This document shows, in pieces, positions 1-9,200 of a stretch of DNA of 64,000 nucleotides. The position numbers were made by a program, and so were the translations under genes. Origin of the DNA: a virus (taxonomy: Duplodnaviria; Caudoviricetes). The DNA lies in the IMG/VR virus record IMGVR_UViG_3300025735_000007, positions 32,001 to 96,000 of that record; one strand, given 5' to 3'. The notes beneath the pieces were generated by a model. The model had not been told where the DNA came from, did no database searches, and worked only from the letters and a program-made list of their open reading frames with translations. Position 1 is the first letter of the stretch; the number at the start of each line of letters is the position of its first letter.

Positions 1-632
1 AGGCAACGAACGATGAGCTGGCGCAAGCGAAAGCGCGACTCGCCGAGTTCGATGGCCTCGACGCTGCCGAGCTTCGCAAGCTGCTTCAGGAAAAGAAGGA
101 TGCCGAAACCGCGCAACTGGAGGCCAAGGGCCAGTGGGATGCCCTTAAAGGCCAGATGGTCGAGCAGCATACCGCCGCGCTGAAAGAGCGCGACGAGAAG
201 CTGTCGGCTGCCGATCAGCGCGCGCTGGATCTGCTGAACCAGATCGCTGAGCTGACCGTGGGCAATGCGTTCGGCACCTCGAAGTTCATCGCTGACGAAA
301 TGACCCTTTCGGTTGCAAAGGCGCGTCGCGTCTATGGCGGCCACTTCGAGTTCAAGGACGGCGCAGTCGTGGCGTTCGACAAGCCGGCGGGCTCGAAAGA
401 CCGCAGTGTGCTGGTCGATGCCAAGGGCGAGCCGCTGGGCTTCGATGCGGCACTCGCCAAGCTCGTCGACGCGGACCCGGACAAGGACACGCTGATCAAG
501 TCCAAGCTGAAGATTGGCGCGGGCTCGAGCACGAATCCGGCATCGACGCCGAACGCGAAGCCGAACGCGAACACGGTCGGCACCGGCCGCTCGAAGATCG
601 CAGCAGGATTGGCGAAGTCCGGCCTGAAGTAA
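1..632 (+). CDS. Capsid scaffolding protein (5' partial)
   Basis: Frame open from the window start, coiled-coil N-part, directly upstream of the capsid gene. Confidence 0.7.
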   Translation, partial: ATNDELAQAKARLAEFDGLDAAELRKLLQEKKDAETAQLEAKGQWDALKGQMVEQHTAALKERDEKLSAADQRALDLLNQIAELTVGNAFGTSKFIADEMTLSVAKARRVYGGHFEFKDGAVVAFDKPAGSKDRSVLVDAKGEPLGFDAALAKLVDADPDKDTLIKSKLKIGAGSSTNPASTPNAKPNANTVGTGRSKIAAGLAKSGLK

Positions 633-675
633 GGCGGGAACACTCGCTTGTAAACCCGTGGCTTTCCTGGTAAAG

Positions 676-693
676 TAAGTCACGGGTTACTCA
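676..693. promoter_or_regulatory. 18-bp palindromic operator upstream of capsid
   Basis: TAAGTCA CGGG TTACTCA. Confidence 0.7.
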
Positions 694-721
694 CCCTATT
701 TCTTTTCGAAAGGAAACAGAC

Positions 722-1630
722 ATGCCATTGCTGCAAGCAGAAGCCGACAAGCTGAGTAACAACCAGCTTGTCGCAGGCGTTATCGAAGAAATCATCGAAA
801 AGGATGAGCTCTTCGCGTTGCTGCCGTTCGTCGGCATCAACGGCAAAGCCTACGTGTATGACCGCGAAAACACGCTGCCGGACGCCGAGTTCCTCTCGCC
901 GAACGACGAAGTGGAAGAAAGCGCGGGCACCTTCACGGAAGTCGTGTCCAAGCTGCGCATCCTCGCGGGCGACGTGGACGTCGACAAGTTCCTGCAGGAA
1001 ACCGAGTCCGACACGAACGACCAGCGCGCGACGCAGATCGGTCTGAAGGCCAAGGCTGTGGGCCGCAAGTTCAAGAAGACCATCGCGCAGGGCAATGCCG
1101 CCGTGAACGCGAAGGAATTCGACGGCCTGCCGCAGCTGGTGTCGGCCGCGCAGACGATCGACGCGGGCGGCGCAGCGAACGGCACGGCGCTCACGCTGAA
1201 CATGCTCGACGAGCTGGCCGACGCTGTGATCAACGGCGCCGACGCATTCGTCATGCGTGCGGGCACGATCCGCGCCTACCGCGCGCTGCTGTATGCAACC
1301 GGCGGCATCCAGCCGGCGATGGTCGAGATTCCGAATTTCGGCCAACCGGTGCTGGGCCACAACGGCATTCCGATTCTGCGTAACGACTGGCTCGGCGCGG
1401 ACGAGGACATGGGCACGAACAGCAACACCTGTTCGGTCTATGCCGTTCGCCTGAACGAGCTTGACGGTTTCCACGGCCTGTGGGGCGGCAAGGAAGCGGG
1501 CATTCGCGTGGAAGACATCGGCACGGTCCAGAACAAGGACGCCGACCGTATCCGCGTGAAGTGGTATTGCGGCTCGGCGCTGAAGTCCACGCGCTCGCTG
1601 GCACGTCTGCGCGGTATCACGAACGTCTAA
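722..1630 (+). CDS. Major capsid protein
   Basis: 302 aa, RBS, position after scaffold, EFDGL motif, strong terminator downstream. Confidence 0.85.
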   Translation: MPLLQAEADKLSNNQLVAGVIEEIIEKDELFALLPFVGINGKAYVYDRENTLPDAEFLSPNDEVEESAGTFTEVVSKLRILAGDVDVDKFLQETESDTNDQRATQIGLKAKAVGRKFKKTIAQGNAAVNAKEFDGLPQLVSAAQTIDAGGAANGTALTLNMLDELADAVINGADAFVMRAGTIRAYRALLYATGGIQPAMVEIPNFGQPVLGHNGIPILRNDWLGADEDMGTNSNTCSVYAVRLNELDGFHGLWGGKEAGIRVEDIGTVQNKDADRIRVKWYCGSALKSTRSLARLRGITNV

Positions 1631-1645
1631 GTTCGCGGCGATAGA

Positions 1646-1663
1646 TAAGTCACAAGTGACCTA
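1646..1663. promoter_or_regulatory. 18-bp palindromic operator
   Basis: TAAGTCA CAAG TGACCTA. Confidence 0.7.
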
Positions 1664-1676
1664 CGTCGCGTAAAAT

Positions 1677-1712
1677 AAAGGGCATGAGCTTCACGGCTCA
1701 TGCCCTTTTCTC
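1677..1712 (+). terminator. Intrinsic terminator after capsid gene
   Basis: AAAGGGCATGAGC-ttcacg-GCTCATGCCCTTT followed by T-rich tract. Confidence 0.8.
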
Positions 1713-1728
1713 TTGAGGAAGACAGCAC

Positions 1729-2172
1729 ATGAAGATTCGATTGTTGCAGCCCGGCTGGGAGACCTACACGGGCAATTTCGGCGGTGTCGAGTTCGTCGAC
1801 GGCCTTTCGGTTGCCGACGCCCACACCCGCGAAGCCGCGCGCCTGGCAAACGTCGTGCGCTGCGAGCTGGAAGACGGCACCAACCCAAGCGCGTCACAGG
1901 CGGCACTCGACAGCCAGGGCACCGTGATGCAGGTCGGCAGTGACCGCGCGCCAGCGCCAGCGCCCGTCAAATACAGCCGCGAAGCGCTCGAAGAGATCGC
2001 GGGCGCGAAGGGCATCAAGGGGCTGCGTGAAATCGGCGACCCGCTCAGCGTGAAGGCGAGCGGCATCGCTGACCTGATCGACCTGATCCTGAAGGCACAG
2101 CAGCCCGCGACGGCAGAAACCCCGGCTACCGAGCCGGCCGCTGCTGAGGTCGTTGCGCCGGCTGCGGAGTAA
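1729..2172 (+). CDS. Head-associated hypothetical protein
   Basis: GAGGA RBS, typical codon usage, position between capsid and connector. Confidence 0.6.
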   Translation: MKIRLLQPGWETYTGNFGGVEFVDGLSVADAHTREAARLANVVRCELEDGTNPSASQAALDSQGTVMQVGSDRAPAPAPVKYSREALEEIAGAKGIKGLREIGDPLSVKASGIADLIDLILKAQQPATAETPATEPAAAEVVAPAAE

Positions 2173-2175
2173 AGC

Positions 2176-2964
2176 ATGGAAAAGTATCTCGCCGGGGCAG
2201 ACGTCACCGTGACGATTCCCCTCGTGGACAGTGCGGGCAACGCGATCAAGCCGGCCTCGGCGAGTTACCGCGTGCTCGATGAGAACGGCACCGTGCTGAT
2301 CGACACGACTCCCGTGCCGTATCTGAGCCCCAATGGTGACCCGCTCGGGATTCTGGTCGGCGCGGGCGAGAACGGCCTGCCTGCCGGCGCAGTGCGCGCG
2401 TTACGCACGGTCGAAGTGCTGGCTGTGACCGACGCGGGCACGCGCCTGTTGACCGCGAACTATGTGATCGAGGCAACCGAGCCGCTCGTGCCCGGCACCA
2501 ACTCGTTCCAGACGATCAACAAGGCCGAACTCGTCGCGCTCGACATCCCGAACCTGAACGGCTGGAACAACGCCACGCGTGACGAGCGCGTCGCGGCGAT
2601 GATCCAGGCGCGCCTGAACATCGGCCAGATGAGCTACCGCTACCGGTGGTCCGAGAACTGGCAGAACTTCATCTACCCCGAGTTCGGCATCTACTCGATC
2701 ATCCAGTTCACGCAGGGGCAATACCTGTCGCTGCCGATTGATTTCCGGCAGACGTGCGAGCGCGCCCAGATCATCGAGGCGGACGACCTGCTCGGCGCTG
2801 ACCCGGTGCTCGCCAAGCGCGCGCAGGGCATCGTGTCCGAGACGGTCGGCGACTCGACCACGATGTTCAGCCCTGTGCGCCCGGCGCGGCAGCTGCTCTG
2901 CGCGCGCGCGATGCACGAACTCGCGCGCTACATCGTCAAACGCATCCGGTTGAGCCGCTCATGA
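2176..2964 (+). CDS. Head-tail connector/adaptor
   Basis: Synteny; C-terminal GIVSETVGDS typical of adaptors. Confidence 0.55.
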   Translation: MEKYLAGADVTVTIPLVDSAGNAIKPASASYRVLDENGTVLIDTTPVPYLSPNGDPLGILVGAGENGLPAGAVRALRTVEVLAVTDAGTRLLTANYVIEATEPLVPGTNSFQTINKAELVALDIPNLNGWNNATRDERVAAMIQARLNIGQMSYRYRWSENWQNFIYPEFGIYSIIQFTQGQYLSLPIDFRQTCERAQIIEADDLLGADPVLAKRAQGIVSETVGDSTTMFSPVRPARQLLCARAMHELARYIVKRIRLSRS

Positions 2965-3698
2965 AAAACGTCATCATCGATACGCTCGGCGACTTTGCCG
3001 CAGGTCAGATCACGGGCTACCAGACGGCGCTCGCGGGCCTCGTCTCCGACGCCATGAACCCGAGCGCGCCGACGCGCCGGGAGCTCATGGCGAGCCTGCA
3101 GCGCCTCCAGGTCTCATGCCTGACAGCGCTCGCGCAGGCGTTCGACGTGGCGGTCGCCGACGTCTCGCACAACGGCGCGCTGAACGCAAACGCCGATGCA
3201 GACCTGTCCGTGCGCACGCAGATCGCCACCGACGCGCAGATCGCTCGCAACGCCGCGCTGGCGACGGTTGCGCAGGCGCTCGCACGCGACGCAGAAGCCG
3301 CCCATGCGCGCGTGCGTGACTTCGGCCTGAAGGTGCAGCTCATGCTCGGTGCCGGCGGGCGCAGCTACAGCTCCGCGGTGATCGCCGCAAGCATCCCCGA
3401 GCGCGCGCGCGGCATTACCTTTGGGCAAACCGACGCCGCGGGCCGCCGCTGGAAGACAGGCACCTTTGTCGCCGCGACGCTCAAGGGCGCCTTGCAGGGC
3501 ATCTACGCCGACGCGTTCGTGCGCGCTGCCGCGGCAGACGGGGCAACCGGTGTCGTCTTGCAATACGCGGACCCTGAGCACGAGGGCCACGGGCGCGTGA
3601 TCCCGTTTGTCGATACCGACGAAACCCCGGGTTACCTGACCGTGCGTAACGACATGTTCCACCCGAACTCGCGCGCGACGCTCGCGCGTCAGGAGTAA
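2961..3698 (+). CDS. Minor capsid/head morphogenesis-like protein
   Basis: DAAGRRW and FHPNSR motifs resemble minor capsid proteins (HPNCR-type); ATGA overlap. Confidence 0.5.
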   Translation: MKNVIIDTLGDFAAGQITGYQTALAGLVSDAMNPSAPTRRELMASLQRLQVSCLTALAQAFDVAVADVSHNGALNANADADLSVRTQIATDAQIARNAALATVAQALARDAEAAHARVRDFGLKVQLMLGAGGRSYSSAVIAASIPERARGITFGQTDAAGRRWKTGTFVAATLKGALQGIYADAFVRAAAADGATGVVLQYADPEHEGHGRVIPFVDTDETPGYLTVRNDMFHPNSRATLARQE

Positions 3699-3702
3699 CG
3701 CG

Positions 3703-4044
3703 ATGTTCACACCGAACCAGTGGTGCACCATCACGCCGCCGGCCGCGCGCAACATCTACGGTGAGGACATTGACGGCGTGCCCGTGCGCGAGCGCTGCGC
3801 GGTCGTGCAGCTGCTCTCCAAGGCGCAGGCCACGAACTCGCGCGCGCAGCTCGCTGGCTCGCAGACGCATGCCGAGGATCTCGTGATCACCGGCAAGCTG
3901 CTGCTCCCGCCGAAGACCATCGCGAAGCTGGGTGACAAGCTGACCGTCGCAGGCATCGAGCTGCGCATTGTCTCGAGCACGCCGAAATTCAACACCTTTG
4001 GCGTGCTCGATCACTACGACGTGGAGGGCACACCGTGGGTCTAG
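3703..4044 (+). CDS. Head closure protein
   Basis: 113 aa, N-terminal NIYGE, synteny. Confidence 0.55.
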   Translation: MFTPNQWCTITPPAARNIYGEDIDGVPVRERCAVVQLLSKAQATNSRAQLAGSQTHAEDLVITGKLLLPPKTIAKLGDKLTVAGIELRIVSSTPKFNTFGVLDHYDVEGTPWV

Positions 4045-4493
4045 TCAAAAGCAACTTCAACCCGGAGCTGCTCGCTATCAAGATGAACCGGCTCGGCGAC
4101 ACCGCGGCGCGCCGCATTCTGGGCGTAATGCGCGAAGAGGGCGACACGATCGCGGAGCTCGCGCGCGAGAACGCGCCGGTGGACGACGGCGAGCTCGAGG
4201 ACGCAATCCAGGTCGTCGAAGACCGCGGCGGCGTCAATAACCGCGTGCAGGTCACCGTGCAGGTGGACCCGGGCGCCATCGACAGCAAGGGCGTCCCCGT
4301 GATGAGCTACGCACGCGTCATGCACGAGGCACTCGCGCCATACGGCACCGGCGCCTTTCACCTCGGGCCGGAGTCGCAAGCCAAGGACGGGGGCTCGGGC
4401 AAGGTGGGCGGCAAGTTCATGGAGCGCTCGATGCGTTCGCGGATCGGCGAAATGGGCAAGCGTGTGAAACAGATCGTGAAGGAGTCGACGTAA
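4035..4493 (+). CDS. HK97 gp10-like neck/tail completion protein
   Basis: APVDDGELEDAI, YARVMHE and GKFMER motifs. Confidence 0.7.
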   Translation: MGLVKSNFNPELLAIKMNRLGDTAARRILGVMREEGDTIAELARENAPVDDGELEDAIQVVEDRGGVNNRVQVTVQVDPGAIDSKGVPVMSYARVMHEALAPYGTGAFHLGPESQAKDGGSGKVGGKFMERSMRSRIGEMGKRVKQIVKEST

Positions 4494-4876
4494 TGCACCT
4501 GGAACCGATTGCCGCACTGCTCGAGGCAAACAACTGCGGCGTGCGCGGCGAGAGCATTTTCATTAACGAAATGCGGGTAGAGGACTCCGGTCTGCTGCTC
4601 AAGGCAAGCTACAAGGGCACGCCGATCGACCCGGAGCTGCCCGACTACTACAAGGGCACGTTTGCGCTCATCGCGCGCGGCAAAGGCTACGCCAATACAA
4701 AGGCAGTGATCGAGGCGGCCATGACCGTGCTGAAGATCGAGCAGGAGACGCAGGTTGGCGAGCTCTTCGTGAAGTATCTGCGCGCGAAGACGCTGCCGAT
4801 CAGCTATCCGATCCCGTCGAGCGGCATGATCGAGTTCGTGACCAACATTGACTGCGCCTACGTCCTTACCGTATAG
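4493..4876 (+). CDS. Tail terminator protein
   Basis: Size and position before tail tube. Confidence 0.55.
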   Translation: MHLEPIAALLEANNCGVRGESIFINEMRVEDSGLLLKASYKGTPIDPELPDYYKGTFALIARGKGYANTKAVIEAAMTVLKIEQETQVGELFVKYLRAKTLPISYPIPSSGMIEFVTNIDCAYVLTV

Positions 4877-4881
4877 TTGCA

Positions 4882-4899
4882 TAAGTAACGAGTGACTGA
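4882..4899. promoter_or_regulatory. 18-bp palindromic operator upstream of tail tube
   Basis: TAAGTAA CGAG TGACTGA. Confidence 0.7.
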
Positions 4900-4937
4900 C
4901 TGTCACCGTTCAAACCTCTTTGCAAAGGAGTTTTCGA

Positions 4938-5459
4938 GTGGCAAGCGATACAAAGAACGTAAAGATGGGCGTTTGCCTGGTCTACTACAAGGGCATCGAT
5001 CTGGGCTACACCCAGGGCGGCGTCCAGGTGACGGTGACCACGCAGACCCATAAGACCAACGTCGACCAGTTCGGCAAGACGACCGTCAACGAACAGATCA
5101 TGTCGCGTGACGTGTCGGTCAAGGTGCCGCTGGCAGAAACGACGCTGGACAACCTGGTTGCAACGATGCCGGGCGCGTCGATCGTCGGCACGGGCACCGA
5201 CAAGAAGGCGATCGTGACCTCCGGCGTGGGCGTGTCCCTGCTGGACCTCGCGGGCGAGCTGCGCCTCCACCCGAAGGGCCGCGCGGCCGACGACTACAGC
5301 GAAGACTTCGTGATTCCGCTGGCAGCGACCTCGGGCGGTCTGTCGTTCGCTTACGAAGTCGAAAAGGAACGCATTTTCGACACGACCTTCACTGGCTACC
5401 CGGACCCGGTTACCGAAGAGCTGTTCGCGATCGGTGGCGCGCCCGTCGTCGCGCCGTAA
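4938..5459 (+). CDS. Major tail tube protein
   Basis: GTG start after AAGGAG; DLGYTQGGV motif; synteny. Confidence 0.75.
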   Translation: MASDTKNVKMGVCLVYYKGIDLGYTQGGVQVTVTTQTHKTNVDQFGKTTVNEQIMSRDVSVKVPLAETTLDNLVATMPGASIVGTGTDKKAIVTSGVGVSLLDLAGELRLHPKGRAADDYSEDFVIPLAATSGGLSFAYEVEKERIFDTTFTGYPDPVTEELFAIGGAPVVAP

Positions 5460-5470
5460 CAGGCAAGAAA

Positions 5471-5488
5471 TAAGTAACAAGTGACTGA
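5471..5488. promoter_or_regulatory. 18-bp palindromic operator
   Basis: TAAGTAA CAAG TGACTGA. Confidence 0.7.
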
Positions 5489-5533
5489 ACAAGGCCGGCT
5501 GATGCCGGCCTGCCCACATCGGAGTAAAGGCAC

Positions 5534-5902
5534 ATGAGCAAGAACGCCGGAAATATCAAGATTCTGAACCTCGACACGCTGCCGACGAAGGCACCGCAAC
5601 GCCAGATCACGCTGGGCGGCGTCTCGTATGACGTGCGCGAAATGAACGTCGAGGACTTCATCGAAACGAACCTCGCGGCCGAGCGCCTCGAAGGGGTGAC
5701 CGATCCGAAGATCCAGCTCGCCGAAATGATCGCGTCGATCCGCCGCGCGGTGCCGGACGTGCCGGAAGACGTGCTGAACAAGCTGCCGCTCGAAAAGCTC
5801 GGCGTGCTGAGCGCGTTCATTCGCGGCATGTTCGACCCGGATGCGACTGACGTCGAAGGCGCCGCGCCTGCCGGCGAAGCTGAAGGCGACGCAAAAAAGT
5901 AA
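5534..5902 (+). CDS. Tail assembly chaperone (lambda G-like)
   Basis: Between tube and tape measure; ends in slippery GCA AAA AAG TAA. Confidence 0.8.
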   Translation: MSKNAGNIKILNLDTLPTKAPQRQITLGGVSYDVREMNVEDFIETNLAAERLEGVTDPKIQLAEMIASIRRAVPDVPEDVLNKLPLEKLGVLSAFIRGMFDPDATDVEGAAPAGEAEGDAKK

Positions 5903-6237
5903 GCGCAGCTGGGGAAGGCAAGCCCGATGAACTCGACTTCGGGCTCGTCTTCACCCGGGTCCAGCTGCACTACGGCCTGACCTATTGGGAAGTGATGGAG
6001 CTTCCCATTCGCGCTTTCTGGACCCTGAACCGCAACATCAACCGGCTGCTCGCGGAGACCGATCTCCGTGCCCTGATGTTGCACGTATCCCGCCAGAGCA
6101 GTGAAGGCTGCGCGGCATACGAAGCCAAGCTCCGAGCCGAGGTGTATGCGGCGAAAGAAACCGATCCGCTGAACGCGGAGCGGGACGAAGCGGGCTTCGC
6201 GGAGCTGAAGGCGATGGTGGCCCGTCCAGCACAGTAA
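5893..6237 (+). CDS. Frameshift extension of tail chaperone (lambda T-like), reached by -1 shift
   Basis: -1 frame open from A AAA AAG (5893-5899) to 6237. Confidence 0.75.
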   Translation, partial: KKVSAAGEGKPDELDFGLVFTRVQLHYGLTYWEVMELPIRAFWTLNRNINRLLAETDLRALMLHVSRQSSEGCAAYEAKLRAEVYAAKETDPLNAERDEAGFAELKAMVARPAQ

Positions 6238-6247
6238 CAGGACGACG

Positions 6248-9200
6248 ATGAACAACCTCGAGAACATTGGCTACAACCTGATTCTGGATGACTCGGGTTT
6301 CCGGGTCACCGCGCAGGCCACCAACGCACAGCTAAAGGCACTCGAAGCGCAGTTTGCCTCCACCGGGCAGGGTGTGAAGGCGATCGAGGACAAGATCAAC
6401 TCCGCGGGTGTGACCTTCCACCAATGGGTCACCACCATCGGCGCGCTCAAGTTCGCGCTGATGGACCTCGATAGCGTCTTTCTGTCGCTGCCCAAATCCA
6501 TCCTCGAAACCGCCGGCGAGATCGAAAAACTCCAGGTCGTCCTGAAGGGTCTCTCCACGGCCGCTGACGACGCCGGCCGCGCGGCCGACGCGACGATCGG
6601 CAAGAACTTCATCCTGAACCTCGAGCAGAACGTCCCGTTCAAGCTCCAGGCGCTCACCGACACATTCGTCAAGCTGAAGACGGTCGGCATCGACCCGATG
6701 AACGGCTCGATGGAGACGCTGCTTAACGAGGTCGCCAAATACGGCGGTAGTTCCGAACAGCTCAAGAGTGCCTCGCTCGCTATTCAGCAGATGGCCGGCA
6801 AGGGCGTCGTCTCGCTGCAGGAGTTGCGCATGCAGCTCTCGCAGGCGATCCCGGGCGCCGCGCAGCTGATGGCTGATGCGATGGGTATGTCGATGGGCGA
6901 CCTGACCAAGGCGATCAGCAAGGGCACGGTCGCCTCCGAGGGCGCCATCAAGAAGATGCTGGCCGCCTTCTCGCTCGACTCGATGGGCGCCGGCCGCGCG
7001 CAGATGGAAACCTGGGTGGGCACGCTGGAGAAGCTGAACACCAAGTGGGATCTGTTCAAGGTGGACGTGGCCGATGCCGGGCTCTTCGCCGCGGCCAAGG
7101 CCGAGCTGAACGACATGATGTCGCTCTTCGGCACGTCGCAGGCGAAGGAGTGGGCGCACAGCCTGTCGAGCGAGTTTGTCTCGATGATCAACCTCTTTCA
7201 CGATGGTCGCGTCGCTCTACAGGAATACCTGCCGCAGCTCATCGAGCTCGGCAAGGTCGTCCTCACGGTGGTCTCGGTAACGGTCGTCGCGAGCTGGCTC
7301 GGCGGGATGCGCAACGCGCTGACGGGCATCGTCACGGCCTACCAGGAATACGCGGCCAATGCGATCGCCGCGGAGGGCGTGGTCGCTGCCAAGAAGCTGT
7401 CGGTGACCGAGCAGATCCTTGCGGCCGACGCCAAGCGCCGCGAGTCGATCGCGATGGAAAGCGAACTGCGGCAGGAAGCGCTCGCGCGCGAGATCGCGAA
7501 TAACCAGCGCATGATCGTCGAGAACGACAAGCGCGTCGCGGCGATCGACGCCGCGCGCCAGGCAGAGCGCGCCGCGGAAATCGAGAACAACGCGCAGATC
7601 CTCGCCTCGAAGATCGCACTCTACGAAGAACTCACGGCCCGCGAAGTCGAGGCAACGGCCTTCGTGCAGGCCGAGCAATACAAGCGCGCCCAGATGGGGC
7701 TCGCGAGCAACGCGGCGACCGCGGCCGAATACGCCGCGCAGGCAAAGTTCACAGCAGAGGTGGAAGGTCGTCTCGCGTCGATGCGCGCCGAGATCGGGCT
7801 GCTGGAGGCCGAAGCCATTGCACTGCGCGAGCGCAACGCGCTGCTGATGGCAGCCACTGCTGCTGAAATCGAGAATGCCGGCGCCATGTCGAGCTCGAAC
7901 GCCGCGCTTGTCGAAAAGAACGCCGCGCTTGCGACGGCCATCGGCGCCGAGCGCGTCGCGATCGCCAACATGGCCGAAATGACCTTCGGCACCGCGGCGC
8001 TCAAGACGGGCCTGATGGGCTTGCAGTTCGCGTTCAACGCGGTCGGCGGCTGGCTCACGGTGCTCGCGGGCATCATCATCGGCGGCATCGCGCTGTGGGA
8101 CCGCTACGCAGAAGCGTCCAAGCGTGCGGCCAACGCAGCGCTCGACGCGGCCAATCTGAAGCGTTCCATCGCGCAGGGCGACGTCAGCAAGGAGCAGCTC
8201 GATAAGTCTGACGCTCACATCGGCGACCAGAAAAGCAAGATCGCCGGGCTCGAAAACCAGCTGTGGGAGGCGGAGAACGCCCACTCGGGCACGAACGGCG
8301 AATATGTGCCGGCCGACCCGACACGCGCCAACCAGCTGCGCGCCCAGCTCGCGGCGGAAAAGTCGGCGTTGGCTGATCTCGTTGCCCAGCGCGCGGAAGC
8401 GAAGAAGACTCTCGACGAGAGCGACGCGAAGCTCCAGGCATCCAAATACGCCACGAGGTATCAGGGCGACACCGACGCGCAGATCGAGCAAATCGCGAAG
8501 TCCGGCCAGAACCAAGTCTCGGCGATCAAGAAGCGCTACGACGACCTGATGCAGACCATGGACAGCCAGTCGCCGGCCTACAAGGCGGCGGCCGACAAGC
8601 GCGCGAAGGAGGTCCAGGCTGCCATCCAGAAGGGCACCGCGGACATCGCGGCGGCATACGACGCGCGCGACAGGGAACTGCGCACGAAGATCGACAACGT
8701 GTCAGGCCCGGACGCGTCGTTGCAGAAGGCTGCGCTCGAGAAGGAGCTCGCGCGCGTGCGGCAGGAGGCGCAGAACGCCCAGAGCACGATGAATAACGCG
8801 CTCGCGCCGAACCAGTTCCTTGCGCCGAAGAATACCGGCGGCCACGTCGCGGCGCCGACCGACTTTCTGGAAAAGGCGCTGGACCATGTGAAGGTCCAGC
8901 TCGCGGGCGCGACCGAGCAGCTGCGCCAGATCCAGACCGGCGCGACCGAATACGACAAGCTGCGCAAGGGCGTCGAAATCCAGGTCAAGGAAATGGTCGA
9001 CGCCGGCCAGCTCGATTACGTCACGCACGGCAAAAACGGCAAGCGCACCACGCCGAGCATGGATGACGCTGACGTCCAGCAGCTCATCGACGACAAGACG
9101 GCGCTCGCGATCGTCAACAACGCCAAGCAGCAGCTCGCGCAGATCAAGCAGAAGCTCGCGCCGGCCGAGGAAGAGCTCAAGCGCTCGCTCGCGCTGTTGC

